In this document: piece by piece, positions 11,292-22,354 of the stretch
Position numbering within the stretch: the first letter of the stretch is position 1
Layout: each line of letters starts with the position of its first letter
From: Nemertoderma westbladi
Taxonomy: Eukaryota > Animalia > Xenacoelomorpha
Length of the DNA stretch: 64,000 nt
NCBI GenBank assembly: GCA_032718475.1
Contig: JAUCBJ010004237.1
Location: 608-64,607, forward strand
Direction of reading: 5' to 3'
Notes under the pieces: generated by a model
The model's database searches: none
Seen by the model: the letters and a program-made list of their open reading frames with translations, nothing else
Told to the model about the DNA's origin: nothing
Position numbers and translations under genes: made by a program

Positions 11292-12986
11292 ATGGCGAGC
11301 AAATTGATCAGAAAGAGAAAGGCGGAGTCAGGAGGAAAGGAGATACTGGTGGATTTCACCGAGAGGCATCCGGAAGAGAAGACGAGAGGATACTACGAGA
11401 GGTTGGAAAGGGGTCACGCGGCACGAGCGCTGCAGGATCACTTCCGGGAGATGCACGAACAGCGGCTGGTCGGGACCTACGGGACGCCGTCGCTGGACAA
11501 CGCGATCTTCCAACACTTCCACTACGTGGTGAAAGGGGACGATGCGAAGTTCAGGATTCCGAAGTACCCGAGGGAATCACCGAGGAAGGACTGGAAGAGA
11601 TTCATAGAGTCTGTCAACAGGGGAGGATATATGATCCTAGACGACGAGGGAACCGTGGAAGACGAGGCGGGTTCGAGACGAGGATCGGCGGGGTCGGCCA
11701 GGACCATACTCCTACATTTGGCCGCACCAAATGGGGACATCTTCTTATTCGATCTAGGAACGTATGGGAAGAAGGACGGGCCAAAATTAAACCGGTTGCC
11801 GAAAGCGGTACAAGTCTTGGTAAGAGAGAAGTCGACGACGAAAGTAGGATCGGCGATTCGCGAGGATGCGGAGAGAATCATCGGTCCGGACGCCACCAAC
11901 CTCCTGGATATGCAGAAGGTCTTTATGGCTATGACGGCACCGGATGGGTTGGGGGTAGTCGAAAACACAGGCCAATGCGGGGCAGTGGCAATGGGCCAAC
12001 TATTGGGGCTCGTGTGCCACAAACCGATGGACTGGGGGAAGTTCAGGGAAGAATACGGAGCAGAACTAGCGAACTCGCTAAAGTGGGGAGCGAGACCGGG
12101 AAAGCAAGAGGTATATCAATTCCGCAGAGGAGCGATAAAGGTATATCAGAAGCGATATATCCTGCAGGAAGACTGGATGATGATAAGTTTGCTTAACTTA
12201 TTTATGACCGTGGTTATCGAGAGGGAACCAGCGGCATTTCTGTTATCAGGATCACCCCTAAGCTACAGGAGAGCCTTTAAAATGGCCTCCGACTGTCTGG
12301 CAGACCACCCGGGGCTGAAGGGCGAGTCGGTGTACTACAACAGCCGACATCTGGTAGACGGGGAGACAGATACGCCGTATCAGAGATGGGAGCAGCTAGA
12401 AACGGATAGACGAGAAGCAAAGCGACTGGAAGAAGTCGCTAGATGGGAGAGGATAGAAGCAGAGGAGAGGGAAGAGGAGGCCAGGACGCAGAGTTACGTG
12501 TTCGAGGAACAGGCAGGCTTAGACGAACTTCATTGGACTTCGTCAGGGAGTTCGGGGGAGTCTCTAGGGCGAGAACTGGGATGGACGGTGGGATCACCGA
12601 AACAGTCGACGTCGGGGTTGCAAGAGATGCCCATACCAGCGGGCGCCGAAGGCGACCAACCGCCAAGGAAGTTAAGGGAACTAGAGGGATGGAGAGCTAC
12701 GGGCGAGAGCCAAGGCGGGAAGGGACATAGTGGATCCATCGGGATACCGGGGTTGGAGCCACTGCCAGAGGAGGAGGATGACGACGAGTTCGGAGAGATG
12801 CCGCCCATCGAGAGGATAGGCCACTCGGACACGGACTGGGTTGGCGGAAGGGTGGTGACGGCCAGTGGGCGAGGGCCTTCTGGAACAGATCCGGTAAACG
12901 GACCTGGGTGCACGAGGAGCCGGCGATGGATTTCGCGGGGAGCACTATCAGGTTGGGCGAGCAACCGGGGACGGCACCACGGATAG
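11292..12986 (+). CDS. Accessory ORF with a DEDDy 3'-5' exonuclease domain (WRN/Mut-7/EXD/RNase D-like)
   Basis: ExoI ILDDEG (11634-11651); ILLHLAAPNGDIFLFDL; LPKAVQVLVREKSTTKVGSAIREDAERI (ExoII Asp at 11865); NLLDMQ; KWGARP...QKRYILQED (ExoIII-like). First ATG at 11292. Confidence 0.8.
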   Translation: MASKLIRKRKAESGGKEILVDFTERHPEEKTRGYYERLERGHAARALQDHFREMHEQRLVGTYGTPSLDNAIFQHFHYVVKGDDAKFRIPKYPRESPRKDWKRFIESVNRGGYMILDDEGTVEDEAGSRRGSAGSARTILLHLAAPNGDIFLFDLGTYGKKDGPKLNRLPKAVQVLVREKSTTKVGSAIREDAERIIGPDATNLLDMQKVFMAMTAPDGLGVVENTGQCGAVAMGQLLGLVCHKPMDWGKFREEYGAELANSLKWGARPGKQEVYQFRRGAIKVYQKRYILQEDWMMISLLNLFMTVVIEREPAAFLLSGSPLSYRRAFKMASDCLADHPGLKGESVYYNSRHLVDGETDTPYQRWEQLETDRREAKRLEEVARWERIEAEEREEEARTQSYVFEEQAGLDELHWTSSGSSGESLGRELGWTVGSPKQSTSGLQEMPIPAGAEGDQPPRKLRELEGWRATGESQGGKGHSGSIGIPGLEPLPEEEDDDEFGEMPPIERIGHSDTDWVGGRVVTASGRGPSGTDPVNGPGCTRSRRWISRGALSGWASNRGRHHG

Positions 12987-13834
12987 TATTCGGGGAGACG
13001 ATGCCCGAGAGGGGCGGAGAGATCGACGTAGACAGGGACACCAACGTAGAGAAGTTCGCCTACCAGCGACTCCACAGACCGCGGAGATCGCTTGGGACGA
13101 AGGACGACGTGGGGCCGGAGACATTGGTACTCGGCTGCAACTACTGTGGCAGGCAGACCCACCAGGAAAGGAGCTGCTTGTACCGGTTCCAAAAGGGAAC
13201 CTTTTGTCTCTACTGCCGAGAGCCGAGCCACAGGATGGGGGCGTGTCCACGGTTGCATAACCGATGTCCAAAGTGCAACTTTCGGGGACACTACGGACGC
13301 CAGTGTGACTGGATGGACGACGAAGAGAAGTTCAGAAGATTCGAGGAGTGGGCCGACGTCGGGGCCATGACGCGCCAGCGCATGAAGGCCCAGGAGTTCA
13401 AGTGGGGTTTCTTCCTTATCAATCAGGAGGCTCACATGGAAATCATAAGGCGGAGGCTACCGTTTACCTATCAAGAGGTAGCAACAGCAGCGTCGTATGC
13501 CGGAGTGATGAACACACAAAGATATTTGGACAGGTGGACGCCACAGAACTGAGGGGAGTTTAGGGATTTCTTGGCGGAGCACGTGCCGCGAGCAATGAAG
13601 ATGATCCTATGGGACGCCATCAGAGGGAGACAACAGGGCCACTCTGAGGGGCCACCGGCGAAGCGATATCAGGCACTAATAACACCAGCGCCCAAGGAGC
13701 CAACAACCGGAATCAGCAGGGAGGTGGCGGCGAAAGTCCGAAAGCAGAAAGCGGATCCCAGAGGAGCGGTGGTAACCAAGAAACGACCCAGGGAAGAGGA
13801 TGCCAGGGGGAACTATCCCCAGAGGAACAGATAG
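12908..13834 (+). CDS. Triple CCHC zinc-knuckle region, probably the frameshifted C-terminus of the exonuclease ORF
   Basis: CNYCGRQTHQERSC, CLYCREPSHRMGAC and CPKCNFRGHYGRQC. ORF 13571-13834 is in the same frame after one TGA at 13550. Confidence 0.8.
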
Positions 13835-14545
13835 GTTCCCAGGGCCGGGGGGAGAGAAACTGAGACTTGGACGTGGTACGCCTGGAAGGCGCCGCGTGGG
13901 ACGTACGAACTATTAAGTACAAATTAAGCTGATGCAAATAATTAAATAAGTGCAATTATATGTACGTACGTAGTAATCAGTAGTTTAGCAATAAAATATA
14001 CGTTCGGAGTAAGTACTATAGTCATACAACCTTTCTCAATTAGCTACTGGGACTGGGGGGATAACTGACTATGGCACTATGAATGAGACACCAGACGATT
14101 TCACACTTCTTGAGTGCGACGGCACAAGAGGGGGGGGGGGGGAGATTCGTCAGAAGGGATGAGGTAGTCGAAGCGGGGTTGAGGGACGGAGTAATAGTGC
14201 GAAGTGCGGAGAGAGTGCGGACGCAATTCTAGTGTGGGGGGGGGGGGGAGAATAAGAGGCTGAGTGAGGGACGAGGAGGTCCGAGGGTATGAGAGAGTTA
14301 GGGTGAGAGTGGAGAAGAGATAGGGCGAAAGTGTTGGGGAAACAAAAGTCGCGTGAGAGGTGAGCGCGATCGGCCCGACATGGACGCCAGGCATACAGGG
14401 TAGCGTTATCATACCCATAGGGAGCAGCCTGGAAAGCCGGCTCCGAGAGAAAAGAATTCCACCCCACACCCGATACTAGATCGGGATCCAGCGGGATTGT
14501 AGCGCACTTAAGGTGGATGCTATCTTCTCACCGGGAAGATAGCAT

Positions 14546-14554
14546 GGGGGGGAG
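14546..14554 (+). other. Polypurine tract
   Basis: GGGGGGGAG directly abutting the 3' LTR. Confidence 0.85.
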
Positions 14555-15099
14555 TGTTAGCTTATTCAATCCCGCTAACACCCCATAAAAGTTAAGCCGA
14601 TAAGCAATATTGGGGGCCACGAGATTGGGTAATCACCAACTCGTGTCACCCCAATAAAATGGGAAGGAGAAACACAATGAGGGTCAGGGGCCAAACCCCT
14701 AACCCAGAGAGAACAGGTGGAGTGAACGGGAACACTCCAAAGGGCGCCAACAAGGGTATCAACCAATCAGAGGGGGGAAAGGCATCGATTAGGTAGAGTA
14801 ACAAGGCCAACCCGTGCAATATAGCCAGTTGGCAGTAATCATTTCATTCAGTTATCTCAGTATCATATTGGTGCTAGTTAGGTTAGTTAGTTTAGCTAGG
14901 GAAGGACCGGGACTTTAATTACCGTATCCCGCCTTCCGTATACGACAACATTATCCATATCTATGCTTATATCTATATACCCGTACAACCGATTATTATA
15001 TACGACGAACGACACGAACTCTTTTTACCTTTCACACACGGCGGGGACGCGTGAACTAAACAACCGGATAAACCGGGATCCTTCCTGGATCCCGTCACA
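14555..15099 (+). repeat. 3' LTR of the BEL element
   Basis: 545-bp direct repeat of 2674-3218, followed by TSD TCAAC. Confidence 0.97.
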
Positions 15100-15653
15100 T
15101 CAACAGGAGTCACGACATTGCGGCGCCTGTAAACTGTTTGGCCAGTTGGAGCAGGTAGAGAAGTGGTATTTTCAGTTTCCTCTATCGAAAAAGGACCAGG
15201 TGGTTCTGCCATTCGTGTCTCAACTACATTTGTACGGTTAGAATCTACCAGTGGTCGTTTTGAATGATGTGCTTGTTCATCTTCGGAAGAAGCCTGAGGT
15301 GGGCCCATTCGCTTGTACAATGGAAAATGGTGGCGCCTTCTTGCGGATTCCGACTTGGGGACAACCCGAGGAGTCAAATTTAATAGTTGTTCGAACCTAT
15401 AGCCAAGTCTCTTCATGTCTCTGGCCTTATTCAATATCACATTAAACTCTTCATCGCCTAAGAAACCATGGGTTAGTATATTTACATCACATAATTGTCC
15501 TTCATAATTCACCCTATAGTTACCACCTTGAAGCTTTGGCTTACCGTCGTAATCTTCTACCTCAGACGATAAATCAACAATGAATATTGAATTGTCCGCC
15601 CTGCAGTACACAATAGCATTTTTGTAGGTATCATCAACGTCATTGACATCCAT
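15100..15653 (-). pseudogene. N-terminal half of the DUF4806 accessory ORF
   Basis: ORF starts at ATG 15653, runs into the LTR at the TSD and resumes in frame at 2668. Confidence 0.75.
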
Positions 15654-15668
15654 ATTTAATAATAATAA

Positions 15669-17606
15669 TTACTTTCTATTACAGAGTACTGAAACATAAA
15701 ACAGATCATGGTGAGGAAAACAGATAAACCAATGGAATGACTCTATTATAGTTTCTATGACTGAACCATACCTAAATAAACCCTCCCCATACCGATGACT
15801 CACACATGGAGATGAATATAGATCAGCCACATGTTCAAGTTTATTTCCTGAAACGTTAATACTCTGAATATCATAGGAAACTAATGACACTATTATGACG
15901 CATTTACTATCATTTACATAAATACAGTTTCCCCTTTTCAATTTCACTACTTTGATTTAAGTCTTCGTTTCAGAATGGACATGTAGGATTCGAAATGGAA
16001 TGCGCTCCATTTATCCAATGCTCCAAATTTCTCAACATAATCAACAATGTGGGATAAAATGTAAACATTATACGTATACATGATAGATGGTGTATAGAGT
16101 TCAGACAACTTTGAATGAAAATTGTTAATTAGATCTCGTGCATACGAAGTATATATTACGTTAGAAGCCAAATCATTTGACACTAAGATTTGGACAGTAA
16201 CATGGAGCATCATAAGATTATCAAAATATAGCTTTGGGAGAAATTCTTTCATGAGTGGACTGGCATATAGTAAGAAGTTCCTAAATTCTGAAGCTTTAAA
16301 GTGTTTTAATTCGTCAAATCCACGTAATTTTCGATTAAATATTAAAGGCATATATCTTCCAAATGATTTGAGAATAGAATTCAGATCACATTTCCTACTT
16401 GGTCGAAGAGCACATGGCAAAGGCATAGTACGACTACAAATGAAATCGGTAGAGACCCAACTACTGATCAACTGCTTCACTACACCCAGGCACACATATA
16501 CAGTGCATGTATTCTGGAGGTACAGATGATACAAAGCCAAATAAATTCCTTAAAGGTGATAAACTTTTCTGGTGGACTGTATCTGAAATGGAAAGATATT
16601 CGTGATCTGTTCGAGGAACAAAACCGCTTCCCGGAAAAATGTTCTTTGTATTTTCAATATTACGAGCACCATAAATTTTACAATATGTGCAAGAACCATA
16701 ACCAGAATGGCCTTTATTACACAGTAGCCAGGTACAAGCAGGGACATCTGCAATAAGAAGCATTGTTATAATGTGATTCGAAAAAACATAGTCTATAAAC
16801 AACTTTAAATACTCTGAAACATTGTAAGGTTTACCACTTGGTCCAACCCAAAGCGCGATTACAAATGGAGGTATATTTGATCATAAATACAACCAAGTAT
16901 TGGCCAATATGAAGCATTTGATAACTTAGTCCATGGAGTGCCATCAATGTTAATAACAATTTGCAAAGAATGATAATCACGCGAAATTCCAAAAAATCTC
17001 ATATATCCCCCAGAGCAGTATGTGATGTCTTTTTTGGAAGGATATAATGTTCTATTGCTATCTAACAACAGCAAATTATGATGATGACGAAGGGTTTCGG
17101 TAGATAACGGTAAATCTGGATGACCGCTAATTTTCAAAATAGACAATAGTGATGAAAATGCCCAGTCGGAAACGGTAGCAATTAGTGTTTAGCCAGCTTA
17201 GGAGACAACAGCACAGCTTGTCATTTTTAACATACATATCATCATTGGAACTGCACATTTCAATAACACTATCAACTGATAATACATCACTTTCATCACT
17301 ACTACTGTCCGAATCACAATGACTAGCTTCTGACAACTGACTAGTTGTAGTCATATCTATATCTACAACTGCTGTGCAAGCTAAAGAATTAATCGGTATA
17401 CCGGTATTGATATCGGTATCATCATTTATCAGAATATTTTGATGAAGCTGCTCTGGAGCTATAGCCAATGTGTCACCTTGACTGTTCTGGTTTTCGATTA
17501 CCGCTACCGGTACTGGAATAATCGAATCGGTAGGACTATGTAAAAAAGGAATCTCATTTGCTATCTCTCTTTGTTGGCTCCGAAATAATGACGACCTTGA
17601 TGACAC
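15669..17606 (-). pseudogene. EnSpm/CACTA-type (animal) transposase, frameshifted
   Basis: INIDGTPW...YWPILG; ADVPA...KGHSGYGSCTYC; EYMH..CLGVVK; FNRKLR...FKASEFRNFLLY; YNVYILSH...FGALDKWSAFHFESY. Confidence 0.85.
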
Positions 17607-18537
17607 ACTACTGACGTAGCTTTGGCAGTATGGTGTACTGGGAGACTGGTATCGTTAAAATAGACCTAAAATAGGCTAATCTTCTTCGGGAATAATTAAT
17701 CCGGCACAGTCTGGCGATCTGGCACAGTCGGCACAAACTAAAATCGGAAAATAAACTAAAATAATAGGCCTACGCCTACTACTACCGGCTGACCCGTACC
17801 GGTACCGTACTGCGTACCGTACTGTCAGACTGTATTAGAGTAGGCCTCAGGCCTACAGTAGTGGGCAGTAGAAACATTTTGGCACCTGGCATGCCATGGT
17901 GGAATTGTTACAAGAAACCTAGAAGTTTCTTCCGCGCATTTGAGAAATGCGCGGCTTAACGCCGCCTAATGACGATTTTTCACCGCACAGCGGAGCGTGA
18001 CAAGTCTATGCCGCCGAACCCACTTGGTGTGAATCTGAAACTGAACTGAGTAGGGCCTACCGGTACCAGTATTGAGTAGCCTACCGGTACCGTGAATGTA
18101 CCGTAGCAATGCAATTTAGCAGTTCAGCAATTAAATCTGCCACCATCTGTAGGCCTACCCTACAGGTCTATGTCTATTGTCTATCTGTCTATGCCAATCT
18201 AAAACTATGCCATTTAAAAAATTTCCAATCGCTCCGCTCGCATTTACATTCGCTAGGCTATTTCATATTTAAACATTTAAAGTACCGGTACCGCAATTTA
18301 TTATATACTAGAATAAACTATAATTTAAAAATCTTCTGGCATCTTCCATCTTCCACATACATTGTGGAAAATATACCGAGCCAGCGTATTTTCTTACCAT
18401 AGGGAGGCCTGTATATGCTGAATTGCTGACATCATGCCTTCCACGTACTGCATACAGACGTAATAGTAAAAATACAGAAGTACGCGGCGTATCTTCCGCG
18501 TAAATTCAAGCAATTCCAGTCTGGCTGGCGTAGCCTT

Positions 18538-18612
18538 GCACGGAGCCGGCGCAAGGTTTTTTCACCCGGTGTGGCTTTGCACAGAGTTGGCGCAGGATTT
18601 TTTGCACCCGGG
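18538..18612 (-). repeat. Possible EnSpm terminus with two subterminal direct repeats
   Basis: GCACGGAGCCGGCGCAAGGTTTTTTCACCCGG and GCACAGAGTTGGCGCAGGATTTTTTGCACCCGG. The minus strand begins CCCGGGTGCAAAAAA. No partner end found. Confidence 0.35.
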
Positions 18613-18896
18613 TCGCTTTCGGCGCAGGAAACAGGAAATTTAAACTTTTCAAAAGAGGGTACCGGTACCGGTAATCAGTGTTAAAAAATTGTCTAGAAAA
18701 TCGTAGGTCCAGTACCGGTCACCGGTACCTAGGTGGTGTGTACCAAATTAATTTGAGCCGCTTCTACTAATGTACGGGCACGACGGTTGCCAGAACCGGG
18801 TGCCGGGTACTATGCCTACAGTTTATAGTACCGGTACTACCATAGAACCTACTAAGTTTACAGGACGATATTTTTTTTAATATATATATTATATAT

Positions 18897-20395
18897 AATA
18901 TAAGTTTAAATTAAGTAAAAAAAGTTAGGGAATATGACTGTAGGGTGTGAGATCAAGTTGTTTTAGTATAATAATATAAATCTTTTTGGAATAGTCATAA
19001 ATTGGAAGTTGTAACTCGCCGCGCACCAACCTTAAAGAATATCCTTGCGCCATCCAGACTGAGGTGTACAACTGAGGTGTACTTCATCTAGTGATTTTCT
19101 AGGAGTTCATAAATGTGACAGAGCGGCATGTGTCCCCTGTAAAGTATTATTACCTTTAAAATATGTCAGCTCAACAACTAACAAAAGCCACAGGGTTTAT
19201 ATAAAGAATGATTTATCTTGCAATGCTAAAAATGTTATTTATGTGGTGACTTGCCTTAAATGTAACTTATTTGGTATCGGTTCAACAGAGGACTTAAAGC
19301 CTAGGATAGCCAACTACAAGACAAAGATAATTAATGACAAACCATCGACTGCCATCGACAGACATTTTACTACCTCGGGTCATTCGTACAATGCACACTT
19401 CAGAATTACACCATTTGATTGTCTACCGATCTCAGCAAACAAAAAACTGAACCGACAAAAACTCAGAATTAAAGAGGGAGAATGGCAGTGCCGGTTGGAA
19501 ACTTTACAACCAATGGGTTTGAATGTTCTCAACAAGGCGGTGATCAATAACTTTGGACTTGATGTTTTCAATCCTTAAGAATTATAAAGATTAAAGATTC
19601 ACAAATTCAACAAACTCATTAGTTGCTAGGGTAGTATTATTATTTGTAGTGCAATAATTCTAGAATATCGTTTATTTGAAAAAGATAGAGAGAGCTATCG
19701 AAAGCTAATAATAAAAAAATAAATTTTTAGTGATTGATCATATAAGTTGTCACTTTTTGAATTCTTAAAATATTATTATACTAAAACAACTTGATCTCAC
19801 ACCCTACAGTCATATTCCCTAACTTTCTTTACTTAATTTAAACTTATATTAATTTTTGACTGTGGATGAATGGCGATTGTACCAAGAATTTTGTTCCTAC
19901 AATTAATAAATTTAGGCTCGCAACTAATTTTGGGTCAACTTCAAAGATAATTTCTTGAAAATTGCAAGAAGCACAACGTAATACCGAAGGGTTTGAGGAT
20001 TTGCTTAAACCTTAATTTACCTGGTAATTCTATTCATTTTGAACAGGTTCGCATTAAAGCTAAAAATAATATTTTTAAAGCCGAATTAAATATTTTGGAA
20101 GTTGTTTCTCTTCATGCCGAGACGAGGCGAAGACATTTTCTTAGTCTTTTTATGAGAGCTAAATCATCTGCTATCACCTATGATAATTCGAATTCAATCT
20201 TGTCCCGCGTTTATGATCACATGAAAAACACTTCTCGTACAGTGAGACAGCGTCTGATAAAAAAGTGGAACAGTTTAATGAATGAAACCCGCTCTGCTTC
20301 AAGCCCCAACAATGTTTTATACGATAATTTGTTATCTCATAAAAGACATAAACCTGGACCTCAGAGATCCGCACAACGTAGACTTAATTACTTAA
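18897..20395 (+). mobile_element. Penelope-like element: inverted pLTR piece, GIY-YIG C-terminus, pLTR, then N-terminus of the next tandem copy
   Basis: 18897-18977 is the reverse complement of 19770-19850. KCDRAACVPC...LSCNAKNVIYVVTCLKC..GIGST...HF...EGEWQCRLETLQPMGLN. N-terminal motif FLENCKKHNVIPKGL at about 19950-19995. Confidence 0.88.
19671..19714 (+). ncRNA. Minimal type-I hammerhead ribozyme in a Penelope pLTR (U3:A8 variant)
   Basis: TTTAT-TTGAAAA-A-GATAG-AGAGAG-CTATC-GAAA-GC-TA-ATAATAAA. A second copy with a stem mismatch lies at about 22217-22260. Confidence 0.6.
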
Positions 20396-21801
20396 CCCTA
20401 TTAAACCTGGGGGGGTGGGGGGGGTCAATATGACCCCCCCCGTGGTTTTTTTATTATAATTCTGAAACAAACGCAGTTGGGAATCTGAAATTTTATGACT
20501 TTTCCTAAAAATCTATTGTCTTCCTAGTAGTGAAAACCGTTTTCAAAAATATTGGGTACTTTTCGAGTTATAGCACCATTTTTTAACCCTACTTTTGGCA
20601 CTTTTTTTGAGACGTTTTTTGAAAATTACATTTCATTAAATATGAATTGTAACATCTCTATTTTTGATTTACACCGTTTTTTTGGTGTTAGAAATTTGAT
20701 GGAATTCATATAAATTGATTTAGAAATTTCGAACTTGTTTTTTTCGGTGGGTGCCAAATTTTGGTGCCAGCACCAAATTTTGAATTATGTCAATTTTGTA
20801 ATTTGATTGTTTGAAACTTGTTTTTTACGCAATTGGGGTTTTTTGGGGTTCTGGATTCGATGAAATATATACGAGTTGCACCAAGCGTATCAAACTTGTA
20901 TTTTTCGGTGCTGTGTGCAAATTTTGGTGCTAGCACGAAATTTTGAAAATTCATTCGATAGATAAAATTGCTTGTGACAATTTATTTCTTGCGTTTTAGA
21001 GGTTTATGGCTGTTCTGAATTCAATGGAATAAATAATTATCGAACTAGACATCTTAAACTTGTATTTTTCGGATGTGGGTGCAAAATGTGGTGCTAGCAC
21101 CACATTTTGCACCCGCTTCCGAAAAATACAAATTTGAGATGCCTAGATCGAAAATTATATATTCCATTCAATTCAGAATAGCCATAAACCTCTAAAACGC
21201 AAGAAATAAATTGTCACAAAGAATTTTATCAATTGAATGGATTTTCAAAATTTTGTGCTAGCACCAAAATTTGCACCCACCACCGAAAAATACAAGTTTG
21301 ATACGCTTGGTGCAACTCGTATATATTTCATCGAAACCAGAACCCCAAAAAACCCCAAATGCGTAAAAAACAAGTTTCACACAATCAATTTACAAAATTG
21401 ACATATTTCAAAATTTGGTGCTGGCACCAAAAATTGTCACCCGCCGAAAAAAACAAGTTTGAAATTTCTAAATCAATTTATATGAATTCCATCCAATTTC
21501 TAACACCAAAAAACCGGTGTAAATCAATAATAGAGATGTTACAATTCATATTTAATGAAATGTAATTTTCAAAAAACGTCTCAAAAAAAGTGCTAAAAGT
21601 AGGGTTAAAAAATGGTGCTATAACTCGAAAACTACCCAATATTTTTGAAAACGGTTTTCACTACTAGGAAGACAATAGATTTTTAGTAAAAGTCATAAAA
21701 TTTCAGATTCCCAACTTCCCAACTGCGTTTGTTTCAGAATTATAATAAAAAAACACCGGGGGGGGGGGGGTCATATTGACCCCCCCCCGGGTTTAATAGG
21801 G
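20396..21801. mobile_element. piggyBac-type non-autonomous foldback element (1406 bp)
   Basis: TTAA on both sides (20392-20395 and 21802-21805). Ends CCCTATTAAACC / GGTTTAATAGGG. Palindromic over nearly its whole length, centred near 21096. No coding capacity. Confidence 0.92.
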
Positions 21802-22328
21802 TTAAATGTAACTTATTTGGTATCGGTTCAACAGTGGACTTAAAGCCTAGGATAGCCAACTACAAGACAAAGATAATTAATGACAAACCATCGACTGCCA
21901 TCGACAAACATTTTACTACCTCGGGTCATTCGTACAATGCACACTTCAGAATTACACCATTTGATTGTCTACCGATCTCAGCAAACAAAAAACTGAACCG
22001 ACAAAAACTCAGAATTAAAGAGGGAGAATGGCAGTGCCAGTTGGAAACTTTACAACCAATGGGTTTGAATGTTCTCAACGAGGCGGTGATCAATAACTTT
22101 GGACTTGATGTTTTCAATCCTTAAGAATTATAAAGATTAAAGATTCACAGATTCAACAAACTCATTAGTTGCTAGGGTAGTATTATTATTTGTAGTGCAA
22201 CATTTCTAGAATATCGTTTATTTGAAAAAGATAGAGAGAGGTATCGAAAGCTAATAATAAAAAAATAAATTTTTAGTGATTGATCATATAAGTTGTCACT
22301 TTTTGAATTATTAAAATATTATTATTAT
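21802..22328 (+). mobile_element. Second copy of the Penelope GIY-YIG C-terminus and pLTR
   Basis: Near-identical to 19256-19779. Ends in (TA)n. Confidence 0.9.
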
Positions 22329-22354
22329 ATATAATATATATATATATATATATT

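Larger units (their letters stand above)
2674..15099 (+). mobile_element. Full-length BEL/Pao LTR retrotransposon (12.4 kb) with an extra ORF after integrase
   Basis: 545-bp LTRs TGTTAGC...GTCACA at 2674-3218 and 14555-15099. 5-bp TSD TCAAC at 2669-2673 and 15100-15104. PPT at 14546-14554. Domain order gag-PR-RT-RH-IN with BEL-type motifs. Confidence 0.97.

Noticed and set aside
11283-13834. env gene in the usual third-ORF position
   Set aside because: No evident signal peptide, fusion-protein cysteine pattern or C-terminal membrane anchor. The motifs fit an exonuclease and zinc knuckles.
3252-14469. Long antisense and alternate-frame ORFs (for example 9245-9964, 11249-12196, 12530-13435, 14101-14469)
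   Set aside because: Shadow ORFs of GC- and purine-biased retroelement sequence with no motifs.
17780-18860. Dense GGTACC/ACCGGT/AGGCCT palindromes as a regulatory array
   Set aside because: Irregular spacing, and the same words are scattered across the window, so it looks like a genome-wide compositional habit.
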